From positions 2,790,001 to 2,854,000 of the forward strand of contig OZ024741.1 in the NCBI GenBank assembly GCA_964016885.1: a stretch of DNA of 64,000 nt, read 5' to 3'. The notes beneath the pieces were generated by a model that did no database searches, was not told the origin of the DNA, and saw only the letters and a program-made list of their open reading frames with translations. The number at the start of each line of letters is the position of its first letter. The stretch's first letter is position 1. Below, one piece after another: positions 12,150-27,730 of the stretch. Made by a program: the position numbers and the translations under genes. Source of the stretch: Eledone cirrhosa. Taxonomy: Eukaryota.

Positions 12150-12975
12150 AGAGGAATTAGTCGTATACAGTCGAGTATATTACTGGTATTTGGTTGGTTA
12201 TCTCTTTACCAGAAGGATGACAAAGTTGAGATGGGCGGGATTTGAACTGAGAACATTGACGGAACAAATACTGCATTGGACACTCTACCGCCTCTCAACA
12301 TTCAGCGACCCTAGCAATAATAATAATGATTGAGGCACAATTTGCGAGGGAGGGGAAGTCGATTAAATTGACCCCAGTGCATTACTGGTGCTATATCGAC
12401 TCCGTAAGGATGAAAGGAAAACTAACCAGGAGAGAGCGAGTTGAACCCACAATGTAAAGGGCCGTCACTGAATACCACAAAACATATTACTCGATGCTCT
12501 ACCGATTAGTACCAAATAATGATTTCTAACTTTGGCACAAGGCCAGCAAATTACACAGTACATTACTGGTACTTAGACACAATCCAGCGACTTGAAGGGA
12601 GGGGGTCGAATATATCAACCCTAGTTCTTCACAGATACTTTATTTTATCAACCCACGAATGGATGAAAGACAAAGCTAACCTTAACAGAACTTGAACTCA
12701 GAACGTAAAAAGTCGAAATTGAACACCGCAAAATATCTTGCTCGGCGATTTAACAATGCTACTACTCCACAGGTCCTGTTGATAATGAAATAATAATTGT
12801 TTCTACTTTTGGCACAAGGCCAGCAATTACACAGTACATTACTGGTATTTTATTTTATCCACCACGTAAGGATGAAAGGCAAGGTTAACCTCGGCGGGAT
12901 TTGAACTCAGACCGTAAAGTGACGGTACTGTCTGCCACGGAGCTGGGTGTCCGACGCTCTACCGATTGCCAGCAA
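12150..12975 (-). mobile_element. Tandem cluster of ~4 tRNA-SINE copies
   Basis: Repeated tactggta...ggatgaaaggcaa...ctcggcgggatttgaactcag motifs at ~12180, 12380, 12630 and 12840. Confidence 0.8.
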
Positions 12976-13114
12976 ATAAAGCTGTGAAGTGTGTGGTTGT
13001 AACATCTGTTTTGTCTAAAAATGAGGCAATTAAATTGTCAGAAATCTGGGGAAGTTACCCACAGTTGGAGGTGATTTATCTAGTAATAGAGAGAAACTGG
13101 TCACGTGGACATCT

Positions 13115-13370
13115 AGTGTTGGTGGTGTTGGTGCTAGTGGTGCTGGTGGTGGTGGCGGTGGTGGTGTGGTAGTGCTGGTGGTGGTGGTGTGGTGGTGGTG
13201 GTATATGTAGTGGCGATGGTCGTATATGTGGTGATGGTGGTGGCGGTGTTGTAGTTGCTGTTGCTGTTGTTGGTGATAGTGGTGGGGGCGTTTTGTTGTT
13301 GTTACTGTTATTACTGCTGCTGTTGTTGTGTTTTGGCTGTTGCTATTATTGTTATTGTTGTTATTGTCGT
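13115..13370. repeat. (GGT)n/(GTT)n low-complexity tract
   Basis: Direct reading of the sequence. Confidence 0.9.
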
Positions 13371-13609
13371 ACAAGGCTCAATTATTTTATCATTCAATTT
13401 AGCAAATAAAACACCTATATTTATATTATGGGAGTATAAGGTGAGGCGGCGGCACAGCTGGAGCCCCAACCCACCATTAACAGTAGGTAATACACACCAA
13501 GCCTCCCCCCTCCTCCCCACTGTTTAATGTTTCCTAGATAAAGATGCCAGCGATGTGCCATGATAGACTCATCACTCGATTACCAATTAGTTGGGGGTAA
13601 AAACAAAAT

Positions 13610-13795
13610 AATTGTTTCTACTTTTGGCACAAGGCCAACAAATACCAGTGTATTACTGGTACTTTATTTTGCCGACCCCGTAAGGATGAAAGGCAAAGTT
13701 AACCTCGGCGGGATTTGAAATCAGACCGTAAAAGGCCGTAACTCTATGCGTCGAAGCATGGCGTCCGACCCTTTACTGATAATGCCAATCCAGCA
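13610..13795 (-). mobile_element. tRNA-derived SINE
   Basis: tactggtactttattttgccgaccccgtaaggatgaaaggcaaagttaacctcggcgggatttgaaatcag. Confidence 0.85.
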
Positions 13796-13829
13796 AAATA
13801 ATAATAATTATTATTATATTGGTTGTAAG

Positions 13830-14020
13830 GACGGTGGATTGGCAGTATCGGAAGAGTTACGGCCCTTTACGGTCTGAGATCTTATCCCGCCGAGGTTAAC
13901 TTTGCTTTCATCCTTACGGGGTCGATAAAATAAAGTACCAGTCACGTACTGGGGTAGATTTAATCGACTTTCTCCTCCCCCAAAATTGCTTGCCTTGTGC
14001 CTATATTAGAAACCATTATT
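13830..14020 (+). mobile_element. tRNA-derived SINE, near full length
   Basis: A-box-like TGGCAGTATCGG, the shared core, and tail ccttgtgcctatattagaaaccattatt. Confidence 0.85.
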
Positions 14021-14021
14021 T

Positions 14022-16650
14022 CTTTATTGGTCAGCAGACATAAAGGACAAATCCAGGTTGGGTGGGATTAAAACCTGTTAAGAAACAATTAACAATGAAT
14101 TAGGGGGAATACTACTGAAGGTTAACTAAGGAACCCCACAAATCCTAAACCAACCTAATCACCAAGAGCACCTTGAGAGGGTGCCTCTTTCCTCTCTAAA
14201 CTCTCCAGCCATGCGCATGCTCAGAGTTGGTCCATTCACACGGGCCATCCTCGCTATATTCACTGGAGTCAACAATTCCCTCTCCATCCTCACCTTAACT
14301 TCTAAGTGGAACTTGAAAGAGTTGGTGATGACTTGGCCAAGAGGAAAGTGTCTCCAGTCCATTCAGTCGTGTCCACCACACACCCTCTTTCACCACATCC
14401 ACCAGGCAGAGGAAAAACTGCCTGCCTTTACCAGCCAACACAAAGGCGGTCAAGTGATCTTCACAATGAATTCGGTCGATAGCCAGTTCTGTGTACACGT
14501 GATAATAGCTGTTCGACAAAACTTCACAAGTCAGCAATGCCCGGACACTGGACGAATGCACGCAGAACGGTTTCGGCGCTCTGCTTGCATCACGAACAAC
14601 TCCGTTTGACCGCACTTTCAAGCCCGGAGAGTTTGTCTTAAACTGGCAACGCTCCCCGGTAGGACTTCCAGACCAAGGATTTCCGGAAATCTCCATAGTC
14701 CCCAAACGAAAGATTCTCCGGAACAGATTGGCTAGTTCGTACACGTCGAAGTCCAGAGTCTCTCCGCCAAGCTGCACTTGCCCATCACCTTTCTAGAACG
14801 TTACCGTAGTTTTTCCAACGACCGCATTGCCCGATCGGTAGAGAGCAGCGAGCGCCTGGGAACATTCCAGATTTCAGGAGCCTAGTCTCGGTCTTCGCTT
14901 GACCCATGACTGCAGTTCAGACAAAGAAGCAAGATACAGAAAGACCTGCCCCACAAACAGCGATCACACCTGGAGATGATGTAGCCTCATCGCAAGTTTG
15001 CGCATCATCAGCCACGGCATTCCCAGCCACCCGTGTCAAGGGTGTTGGTAGCAGATGGACCACCACCCCAGTGGAATCTGTCCCCTCCACAAGAAGTGAA
15101 AGAGCAATCGTTCCAATCTAGTGAGGCACGGACTAGGGCAAGGTACAGCGGTAACAAATGGCGGGCATCATGTACGCGTTCACCACCTCCCCCCGACCTT
15201 TCAGGGATAGCTTCCTCTCGGTCCATTTCTGGGTGAGAGTGGCCACCCTGCTTGTTACCTCGTCCCAGTTCTTATCCACCTGGAGGTCCATCCGAACCAG
15301 ACCCCGAACAACTTCACCGGACCGCCCAGCGTCCAACGACACTGTTCAGCGACATGGATTTGCCTCTTCAGGGGCCGAGTTTCAAGTCTACTGACTTTTC
15401 GGGGTTGACCCTTGCTCTCGTCAATTTCAAAGAAGTTTCCGACCACCTTGATTTCCAAGATGTTCGACACCATCATGGTGATATCATCCGCATCTGCCGT
15501 CATACCCTTTCCACGTCCCGATTCGAACATGATATCTTGCAGTAACTCTAGCTTGTGTAGTAATTGCTCAAGAGTCAGCACATATGGCTCGGAGGAGATA
15601 GGGCATCCTTGGCGGACCGAGCGCGTGATCTGAAACAGTTCCAATAATTGGCCAAGTAATCTGAGAACCGGGAAGATGCCGCTGTCCATTGCAGAGTCTA
15701 GACTCTGAAGACAAGTTTAGATTGATCTAAATTGATTAGAGCCCCACTGAAGGCAGGTTTACTCCCTCCTCTTTCTATGATGTATCACATGAGATGGATC
15801 AAGTCGGGATTGCGCACGTTTGCGCTTCCTCTGGAAGGCTTTTGACAAGCGCCAACCTCGTTAATGCACATTGGCCAATGTCTTAAACTCTGTGTTGAGC
15901 AGAATTATGAGCCAGAAATTATCAAGAACATACTCCTTGTTCTCGTCTTTCCTCATCAGCGTTCGTAACCCCGACTTACAGAGCTGCGAATTCTCCTGTT
16001 CTCCTTCCAGTTGCAGTAGACAGATACGTAAAAATCGTAAGGTAGACCATCCAAAATAGACGATTTTCTCCTTATACAACCACTTAAAGTCTCCCAGAAC
16101 TCAGCTGATGTTATTTGATTTTCGAAAGCACTCGGCATCTTCCATCAAGAGTCGTGGTAAGTCGATGAGGTAGGAATTATAACCCGCCACCATCTTCTTG
16201 CCCCCGCTCGCCCTGAACAGATGTGTAAAGTGCCGCTGGCAAACCGCACGCATCTGCTTTAAATGGCGTAGTACTCATACATTTCAGTCCGTCAAAAACC
16301 GTATTGTAACTTTACTGTCACGTTGCCCTTCTACAACTCGGGTCCATCGAACAACTTTCATTCGTTCGTGTTTTAGAGTTGGTTCCTTATATATGACATT
16401 TCAACCTTCGTGTTTCTCATTGAAGAAATCGTCTGCAATTCTTGCACCTAGTCGATTTCAATGCCACCCCTAACGAGTATCACTTCAGGTGGGATCCTGC
16501 ATATCTTGGCCCTTACCATCCTTCACCCTAAATATGATGGCTAGAGAACATACTTGTCGCTCCGACAGGATACGACAGTCTGCCTGGCCCTCGCCGTGTG
16601 CTCCATGTCCAGCGTTGTCTCCTTCGGCCCTATCGTGTTTCTGGACACGC
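14022..16650 (-). mobile_element. Degenerate Tx1/L1-clade LINE ORF2 (RT + C-terminal Cys motif)
   Basis: Fragments LDGLPYDFY, TRSVRQGCPISSEPYVLTLEQLL, DADDIT, KWTERKLSLKGRGEVVNAYMMPAICYR and KVRMERELL. AATAAA near 14025. Confidence 0.88.
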
Positions 16651-16830
16651 ATTTGTATGTCTGTATGAGTGTGTGTGGGTGTGTGTATGTGTGGGTGTAT
16701 GTGTGTCTATGTGTGCCTGTGTGTATGTGTGAGTATGTGTATGTGTGTTTGTGTATGTGTGTGTATGTGTGTGTGTGTGTGAATGTGTGTGTGTATGTGT
16801 GTGTGTGTTTGTATGTGTATGTGTGTGTGT

Positions 16831-16869
<39 letters not shown>

Positions 16870-17072
16870 TATGTGTGAGAGTCCAACAAAAAGGGTTCAG
16901 TTTCGTCCGAAGACTCTCCATCCCAACATTAACATCTCTGTCAATGTTAATAGTTTATTCCTGGACATTTCTCTTTCTATGAACAAGTAACTGGAGGATT
17001 ACTTCACACACACACACACACATACACACACACACACACATACACACACACACACACATACACACAGATACA

Positions 17073-17131
<59 letters not shown>

Positions 17132-17293
17132 ACACACCCACACCCACACAGATACAGACACACACACACACACAGATACAGACACACACACACACACACA
17201 CACACAGATACAGACGCACAGACACACACACACACACACAGATACAGACACACACACACACACACACCCACACCCACACACACACAGATACAG

Positions 17294-17329
<36 letters not shown>

Positions 17330-17363
17330 ATACAGACACACAGATACAGACACACAGATACAG

Positions 17364-17397
<34 letters not shown>

Positions 17398-18585
17398 ACA
17401 CATACACACACAGATACAGACACACACACACAGATACAGACATACACACACACACACACAGGCACACACACACACACACACAGACACACACATACACACA
17501 CATGCACTCACACACACAGACACAGACAGACACACACAAACACACAGACACACACACATACATTCACACACATGCACTCACACACACACAAACACACTTA
17601 CACATACACACGCACACGCATACACACACACATTGTACTGTCTCTGTGTGTGTATTTTTGTGTATGTGTGTTTGTGTGTATTATATGTCTGTATGTAGGC
17701 GCGTGTGTGCATGTGTGTGTATATGCGTGTTTTTGTCTATGTGTGTACGTGTGTGTGTCTGAGTGTGTCTGTATGTGTGTGCTTTTGTATGTGTATGTCT
17801 GCTTGTGTCTGTACGTGTGTGTGAGAACGAGCGTGTGTGTGCATGTGTGTGTTTGTTTGTGTGTGTGTGAGTGTGTGTGTGTGAATGTGTGTGTGACTGT
17901 GTATGAGTATCTGTGTGTACGTGTGTGCGTGTGTGTGTGACTGTGTGTGAGTATGTGTGTGTACGTGTGTGTATGTGTGACTGTATGTGACTGTGTGTGA
18001 CTGTCTGTGTGTGTGACTGTGTGTATGTGTGTGTGTGTGTGACGGTGTGTGACTCTGTGTGTGTGTGTGACCGTGTGACTGTGTGTGTATGTGTGTGACT
18101 GTGTTACTGTGTGTATGTGTGTGACTGTGTGACCGTGTGTCTATGTGTGTGACTGTGTGACTGTGTGTGTGTGTGTGACTGTGTTACTGTGTGTGTGTGT
18201 GTGACTGTGTGACTGTGTGTGTGTGTGTGTGACTGGCTGTGTGTGTGTGTGATTGTGGATGTGACTGTGTGTGTGTGAGACTGTGTGACTATGTGTGTGT
18301 GTGACTGTGTATGTGTGTGTGTGAGTGTGTGTGACTGTGTGTGACTGTGTATGTGTGTGACTGTGTGTGACTGTGTGTGACTGTCTGTGTGTGTGTGTGT
18401 GACTGTGTGACTGTGTGTGTGATTGTGTTTGTGACTGCGTGTGTTTGTTTGTGACGGTGTGTGTGTGTGAGACTGTGTGACTATGTGTGTGTGTGACTGT
18501 GTATGTGTGTGTACGTGTGTGTGTGACTGTGTGTGTGTGACTGTGCGTGACTGTGTGTGTGTGTGTGTGTGTATGTGTGTGTATA
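16650..18585. repeat. Compound (GT)n-(CA)n-(GT/GACT)n microsatellite block
   Basis: GT at 16650-16880, CA at 17005-17632, GT at 17640-18585. Confidence 0.97.
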
Positions 18586-18711
18586 TATGCAGTAACAAGT
18601 ATATGCTATGTGAGAGTGTCCTCAACACACCAACGTATAAGTCTGCAGCGCCACCTAGATGTATGTTACTAAACACTAAACAGATGGTGTTAACATGTCC
18701 AGCATCAGTCG

Positions 18712-18791
18712 CTACATCTCTCACCCTCCCACTACATCTCTCACCCTCCCACTACATCTCTCACCCTCCCACTACATCTCTCACCCTCCCA
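18712..18791. repeat. 20-bp tandem repeat x4
   Basis: ctacatctctcaccctccca. Confidence 0.95.
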
Positions 18792-18914
18792 CCCCGCTAT
18801 ATATATTTTAATCTAAAATATTAATATATATTTTTCTCTATTTTTTGTTTAACTTCTGACAAGCTAGAATTCCCATTGTAATTGTTTTATAATTGTTATT
18901 TGATTTATTGAAGG

Positions 18915-19635
18915 GTATCGAATTGGCAGAGTCGGTAGAGCGCCCAGGGAAATATACATTTTGAGTTCAAAACACGCCAAGATCAACTTTGCCTTTCATC
19001 ATTTCGAGGTCGATAATATAAAGTAACAGTAAAATACTTCCAGAAAATCCTGAGTCGTAGGGGCCTCGTATTGTCTGACCTTGGCCATTTTAAAACCTGG
19101 CGGAGCTTGTCTATTGTCCAGGTCTGAATACAGTAGATTTATTCCAGAGAAAGATAGAATAAGTGAGAGAATGAAAGTGAGAGTTATAGAAGAAGAATCG
19201 ACCCCAGTATTAGACTGGTACTTTTTTTATCGACTTCGAATGTATGAAAGACAAAGTTGACCTCGGCGGGATTTGAACTCAGATGGCAGAGAGCCGGAAC
19301 GAATAGCACAAATCCTTCTATCTGACATTCAAACAACTCTGCCACTTCGCCGCTTCAGTACTAGGGTTGGTATAACCGACTTTCCCCTCCTCTAAATTGG
19401 TGGCTTTGTACCTAAATTAGACACCCTACTAGATGTTAGAGGGAGGTGTGTTGGCAGAGTGGTCAGAGCATCAGACAAATTGTGTATTTCTTCCAGCTCT
19501 TTACGTTCTGGGTTCAAATCCTGATGAGGTCAACTTTGCCTTTTGTTCTTTCGAAGTAGAGTAACAGTTAAGTACTTTAAGTACAACTTTCCCCTCCCTA
19601 TTAATTGCTGGCCTTGCGCCTAAATTATAAATTAT
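18915..19635. mobile_element. Cluster of tRNA-SINE copies (+18915-19035, -19195-19350, +19445-19635)
   Basis: A-boxes TGGCAGAGTCGG and TGGCAGAGTGG, B-boxes GAGTTCAAAAC and GGTTCAAATCC, and the shared core. Confidence 0.8.
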
Positions 19636-19939
19636 TATTTGATTTGGGACAGAGAGTGTGACATGGCTGGCCTTTCAACTACAGGTACAACTCCTTTGTC
19701 TCCCGTATACTGGACTGTAGTAACATGATATAAAGTATCATACTCAAGGATATAATATGCTTGTGTATATTATACACCTTCACACATAACGATACTATAT
19801 ACACACATGCATACTCAAGAACACAATATAATTATTCGAAGACACAATATACTTGTGTATAACACACACACATATATACTCAATGACACAATATACTTGT
19901 GTATAACACACCCACACTCACATACTCAATGATACAATA

Positions 19940-20522
19940 TATCCACACCATTATCCTTCTCTTCTCTACTTTTGCACAACCCCACCTTGAATACTGTTGT
20001 CCACTGTGGTCTGCTCACACGAAACAAAGTGAAATCGAAGTATTCCAGAGGTCAATTACAAAAGAGATAGACGGCATGACAAGTCTTGACTATAGGGGTC
20101 AAATAGAAACACTCTACTCTCTCCGACGCCGCTGTGAGCGCTACATCATCTGTATGATGTGAAAAATATTCCATCAACATTTCCCCAATGATGTTGGCAA
20201 CAACTTTAAAATCTAAACAAGACTTGGGCCCCGTACTTTCCGCCCACAACAATCAAACTCGCATCTCATAACAACATTACGCCACAATTATTGCACCTCA
20301 ACTGATAGTTAAAGGTTCTCTGGAGAAACTCCTCGAAGAAACTCGGTATAAACTCCCTGCACCCGGATATGTCTCTGAAAATAATAACTCTTTACTAATG
20401 TTAGGTAAAGTATCCAAAACAACATGATTGAGGTGCAAATCGTGATGTGAAAGACTCTGCTATGTGACGGCATTAAATTGTCCTAAGCCAGTACTAGCCG
20501 AACCCTATCAACGTTATAAACG

Positions 20523-20525
<3 letters not shown>
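19940..20525 (+). mobile_element. 3' fragment of a CR1/L2-group LINE
   Basis: LFSTFAQPHLEYCCPLWS..IEVFQRSITKEIDGMTSLDY..LYSLRRRCERYII is a typical C-terminal RT region. Short repeated tail aacgttata. Confidence 0.82.
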
Positions 20526-20559
<34 letters not shown>

Positions 20560-20592
20560 AAGAAATTAAAAGATGGTTAAAAAAGTTCCATG

Positions 20593-20663
20593 TATTTTAT
20601 TATGCGCATTTCAAAAACAAATATCACCCTGGGACGATATTTGCGTTCTCATCAGATAAAATA
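20593..20663 (-). ncRNA. Type I hammerhead ribozyme motif
   Basis: Reverse complement: tattttat-CTGATGA-gaacgcaaatatcgtcccagggtgatatttgttttt-GAAA-tgcgca-TA-ataaaata. Confidence 0.8.
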
Positions 20664-21190
20664 GGGAGACATGATATGAAGCTAAAAAAACACTTGTGAG
20701 CAAGGTAGTGTCTAATCAACATATGATAAATAAATTTAAAAGGATATAGGAGATTGGAAAAAAGGAAAGGAAGGGGAGAAAAGTAAGGAAGAGGTAGAAA
20801 GGAAATTAGAAAAAAGAAGGAAGGGATAACGGAGGAAGAGTATAAGAAGGAGGAAGGAGAGAGAAAGAGAGGAGAGAAAGAGAAAGAGATAAACATTTAA
20901 ACTGAGAAACGCTGTCTCAACAGAGAAATAACTGAAAAAACGGTTGTAAATTTATAAATAAATTAAATATCTTATTTCAATGCTTCCCTATCCAGAACTT
21001 ATAATTTATGCCTAGCGGAAAAATTTACCATTATCTCTAATTTTAACTCTAATTTTAACAGATTTATTTTCGCTTTGCATCCATAAATCGCTTAAGTCAT
21101 TTCACAGAATAGTGAAGCTTTAAATCAACATATGTTGATTTAAAACTTCACTATTCACAAGTGTTTTTTAAGCTTCATATCATGTCACCC

Positions 21191-21261
21191 TATTTTATCT
21201 GATGAGAACGCAGATATCATCCTATGATGATATTTGTTTTTGAAATGCGCATAATAAAATA
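21191..21261 (+). ncRNA. Type I hammerhead ribozyme motif
   Basis: tattttat-CTGATGA-gaacgcagatatcatcctatgatgatatttgttttt-GAAA-tgcgca-TA-ataaaata. 8-bp stem I and palindromic stem III (ATGCGCAT). Confidence 0.82.
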
Positions 21262-21383
21262 CTTGGAACTCTTTTAACCATCTTTTGATCTTATATTATT
21301 TATACTCCAGTCCTACAAAGTGTAGAGTGCTACTTATCCGATATTTCCATTGCTTTATTGTGCTACAATAAAACTCACCTCCT

Positions 21384-21443
<60 letters not shown>

Positions 21444-21519
21444 ATATATATATAACGTTTATAACGTTATATATATATATACATATATGTATATACACAC
21501 ACATATATATACATATATG

Positions 21520-22700
<1,181 letters not shown>

Positions 22701-22722
22701 TATATATATATATATATATATA

Positions 22723-26202
<3,480 letters not shown>

Positions 26203-26206
<4 letters not shown>

Positions 26207-26412
26207 AGATAAATCTACCAAAATGTACGGTAGTGTCCAATCCGTATGAAGAACTCAATGTAATCCGAATATCATGAAAAGAGAAGATGTATTCAAACAT
26301 TTTTTTTCCGATGAAAAATACAGGAAAACAGAGTCAAGATAAATTAATAAAAATAATGAATAAAAACAAACAGTTCCTTACATTAAAAAATTCATCATTT
26401 TACGATCGTATA
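26203..26412. repeat. Rearranged copy of the 7514-7820 module
   Basis: gtagataaatctacca...tatcatg is in direct orientation. 26350-26410 is the reverse complement of ~7743-7812. Confidence 0.75.
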
Positions 26413-27210
26413 ATCATAAACTGAGAAGAACTTTTAAATATTATAAACCTAATTAATATACACTTTAGAAATTATTATAATAACACTTTTTTTAAATTAG
26501 TTAACCTATAATTAATATTCTACTACTAATGAACTGCATAATTTTACTTCCCGTTTACAGCTATCTTTTCCTAAAATTTATACCAATAAGTATACATATA
26601 AACTATTTTAATTTCAGGTTATGATTCTATGTTCCTTATAATCTATATAAATTTGTTATTTCTCACTAATAAATTTACCCCCCCCCCCCAATAATTATTA
26701 TTATTATTTTTTTTTTTATTCTCCCTTCGTTTTTAACAGCACTCTTCAATTACATCTAACTCTTATTTATCATATCTATATGAATTAATATAAATTTATC
26801 AATATAAATATACCTATCAATTTAATTAATTTATTTTCTTTTTATAGATGTAAATTCCCTATATTTTGAATAAGATTGATATTTTTCACTAACACATTTA
26901 TCGTAAAATTTTATTCTCCTTAGATATTTACATTAGCATTATTCTTTTATAACATCAATTCGTCGTGTACCTTTTACCGACTTGACCTATTTTCATCCCT
27001 AAAATAATATTTTCATTCATCATACTCTTTCCATTCAAACTGAAATCTGCCTTCCTCTACCCCTAAATTAAAGTTCTATTACTTCTCTCTTATGCCTTCA
27101 CACAAATATAGAGTGTACTAGGGATTGGCCAAGGGAGAAAAATATAGAAAGGAGAGAAATAGTAAAATAGAAGAGAATAAGGACTGTTGTCCTTTGTAGA
27201 CAAAGAAGAT

Positions 27211-27637
27211 ATGTATATAAAAGGTAAACAGAAATAACAACACAATCGGTACAGTATATGGAAGGAATATATTAGGTTAACACTTGATATAGCAGGAAGA
27301 GGGTCTTAACGTTTCGGACGCTAGTCCTTTATCAGAAGAAAGAATGAGAAATAAAATAGATTGAGGGGACGGGCGGGATGGAATTGGAAAAATGTCTTTA
27401 GATAAAAATAACAGGTCCATTCCTGTTGACATCTCTTGGAAAACTGTTGGTGCTGGCGTTTTGTGTATGATTTGTTTTTTAGAAAAGTGGATGATGGAAC
27501 GCGTCTACCTGGAATGGAAAAAAGTGTTTTGGAAAAAGAGCTATACTTGAGCACGTGAGTAAGCATGTATGTGTGTATGTGTGTGTGTGTGTGTGTGTGT
27601 CTGTCTGTGTGGCTGTGTGTGTGTGTGTCTGTCTGTC

Positions 27638-27730
<93 letters not shown>

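Larger units (their letters stand above)
20557..21385 (+). mobile_element. Short PLE derivative with inverted pLTRs, embedded in (TA)n
   Basis: 20557-20726 is inverted relative to 21104-21290. Internal decayed GIY-YIG C-terminus (YNLCLAEKFTII at ~21000-21035). Two HHRs. (TA)n on both sides. Confidence 0.8.

Noticed and set aside
16541-18824. CV/HT-repeat ORFs, and YI-repeat ORFs elsewhere
   Set aside because: Dinucleotide microsatellite artefacts.
19515-19560. CTGATGA as a hammerhead core
   Set aside because: It is a mutated SINE segment (ccgccgagg in other copies) with no stem II plus GAAA.
26410-27210. AT-rich stretch as a decayed LINE 3' end
   Set aside because: No convincing protein motif was recognisable.
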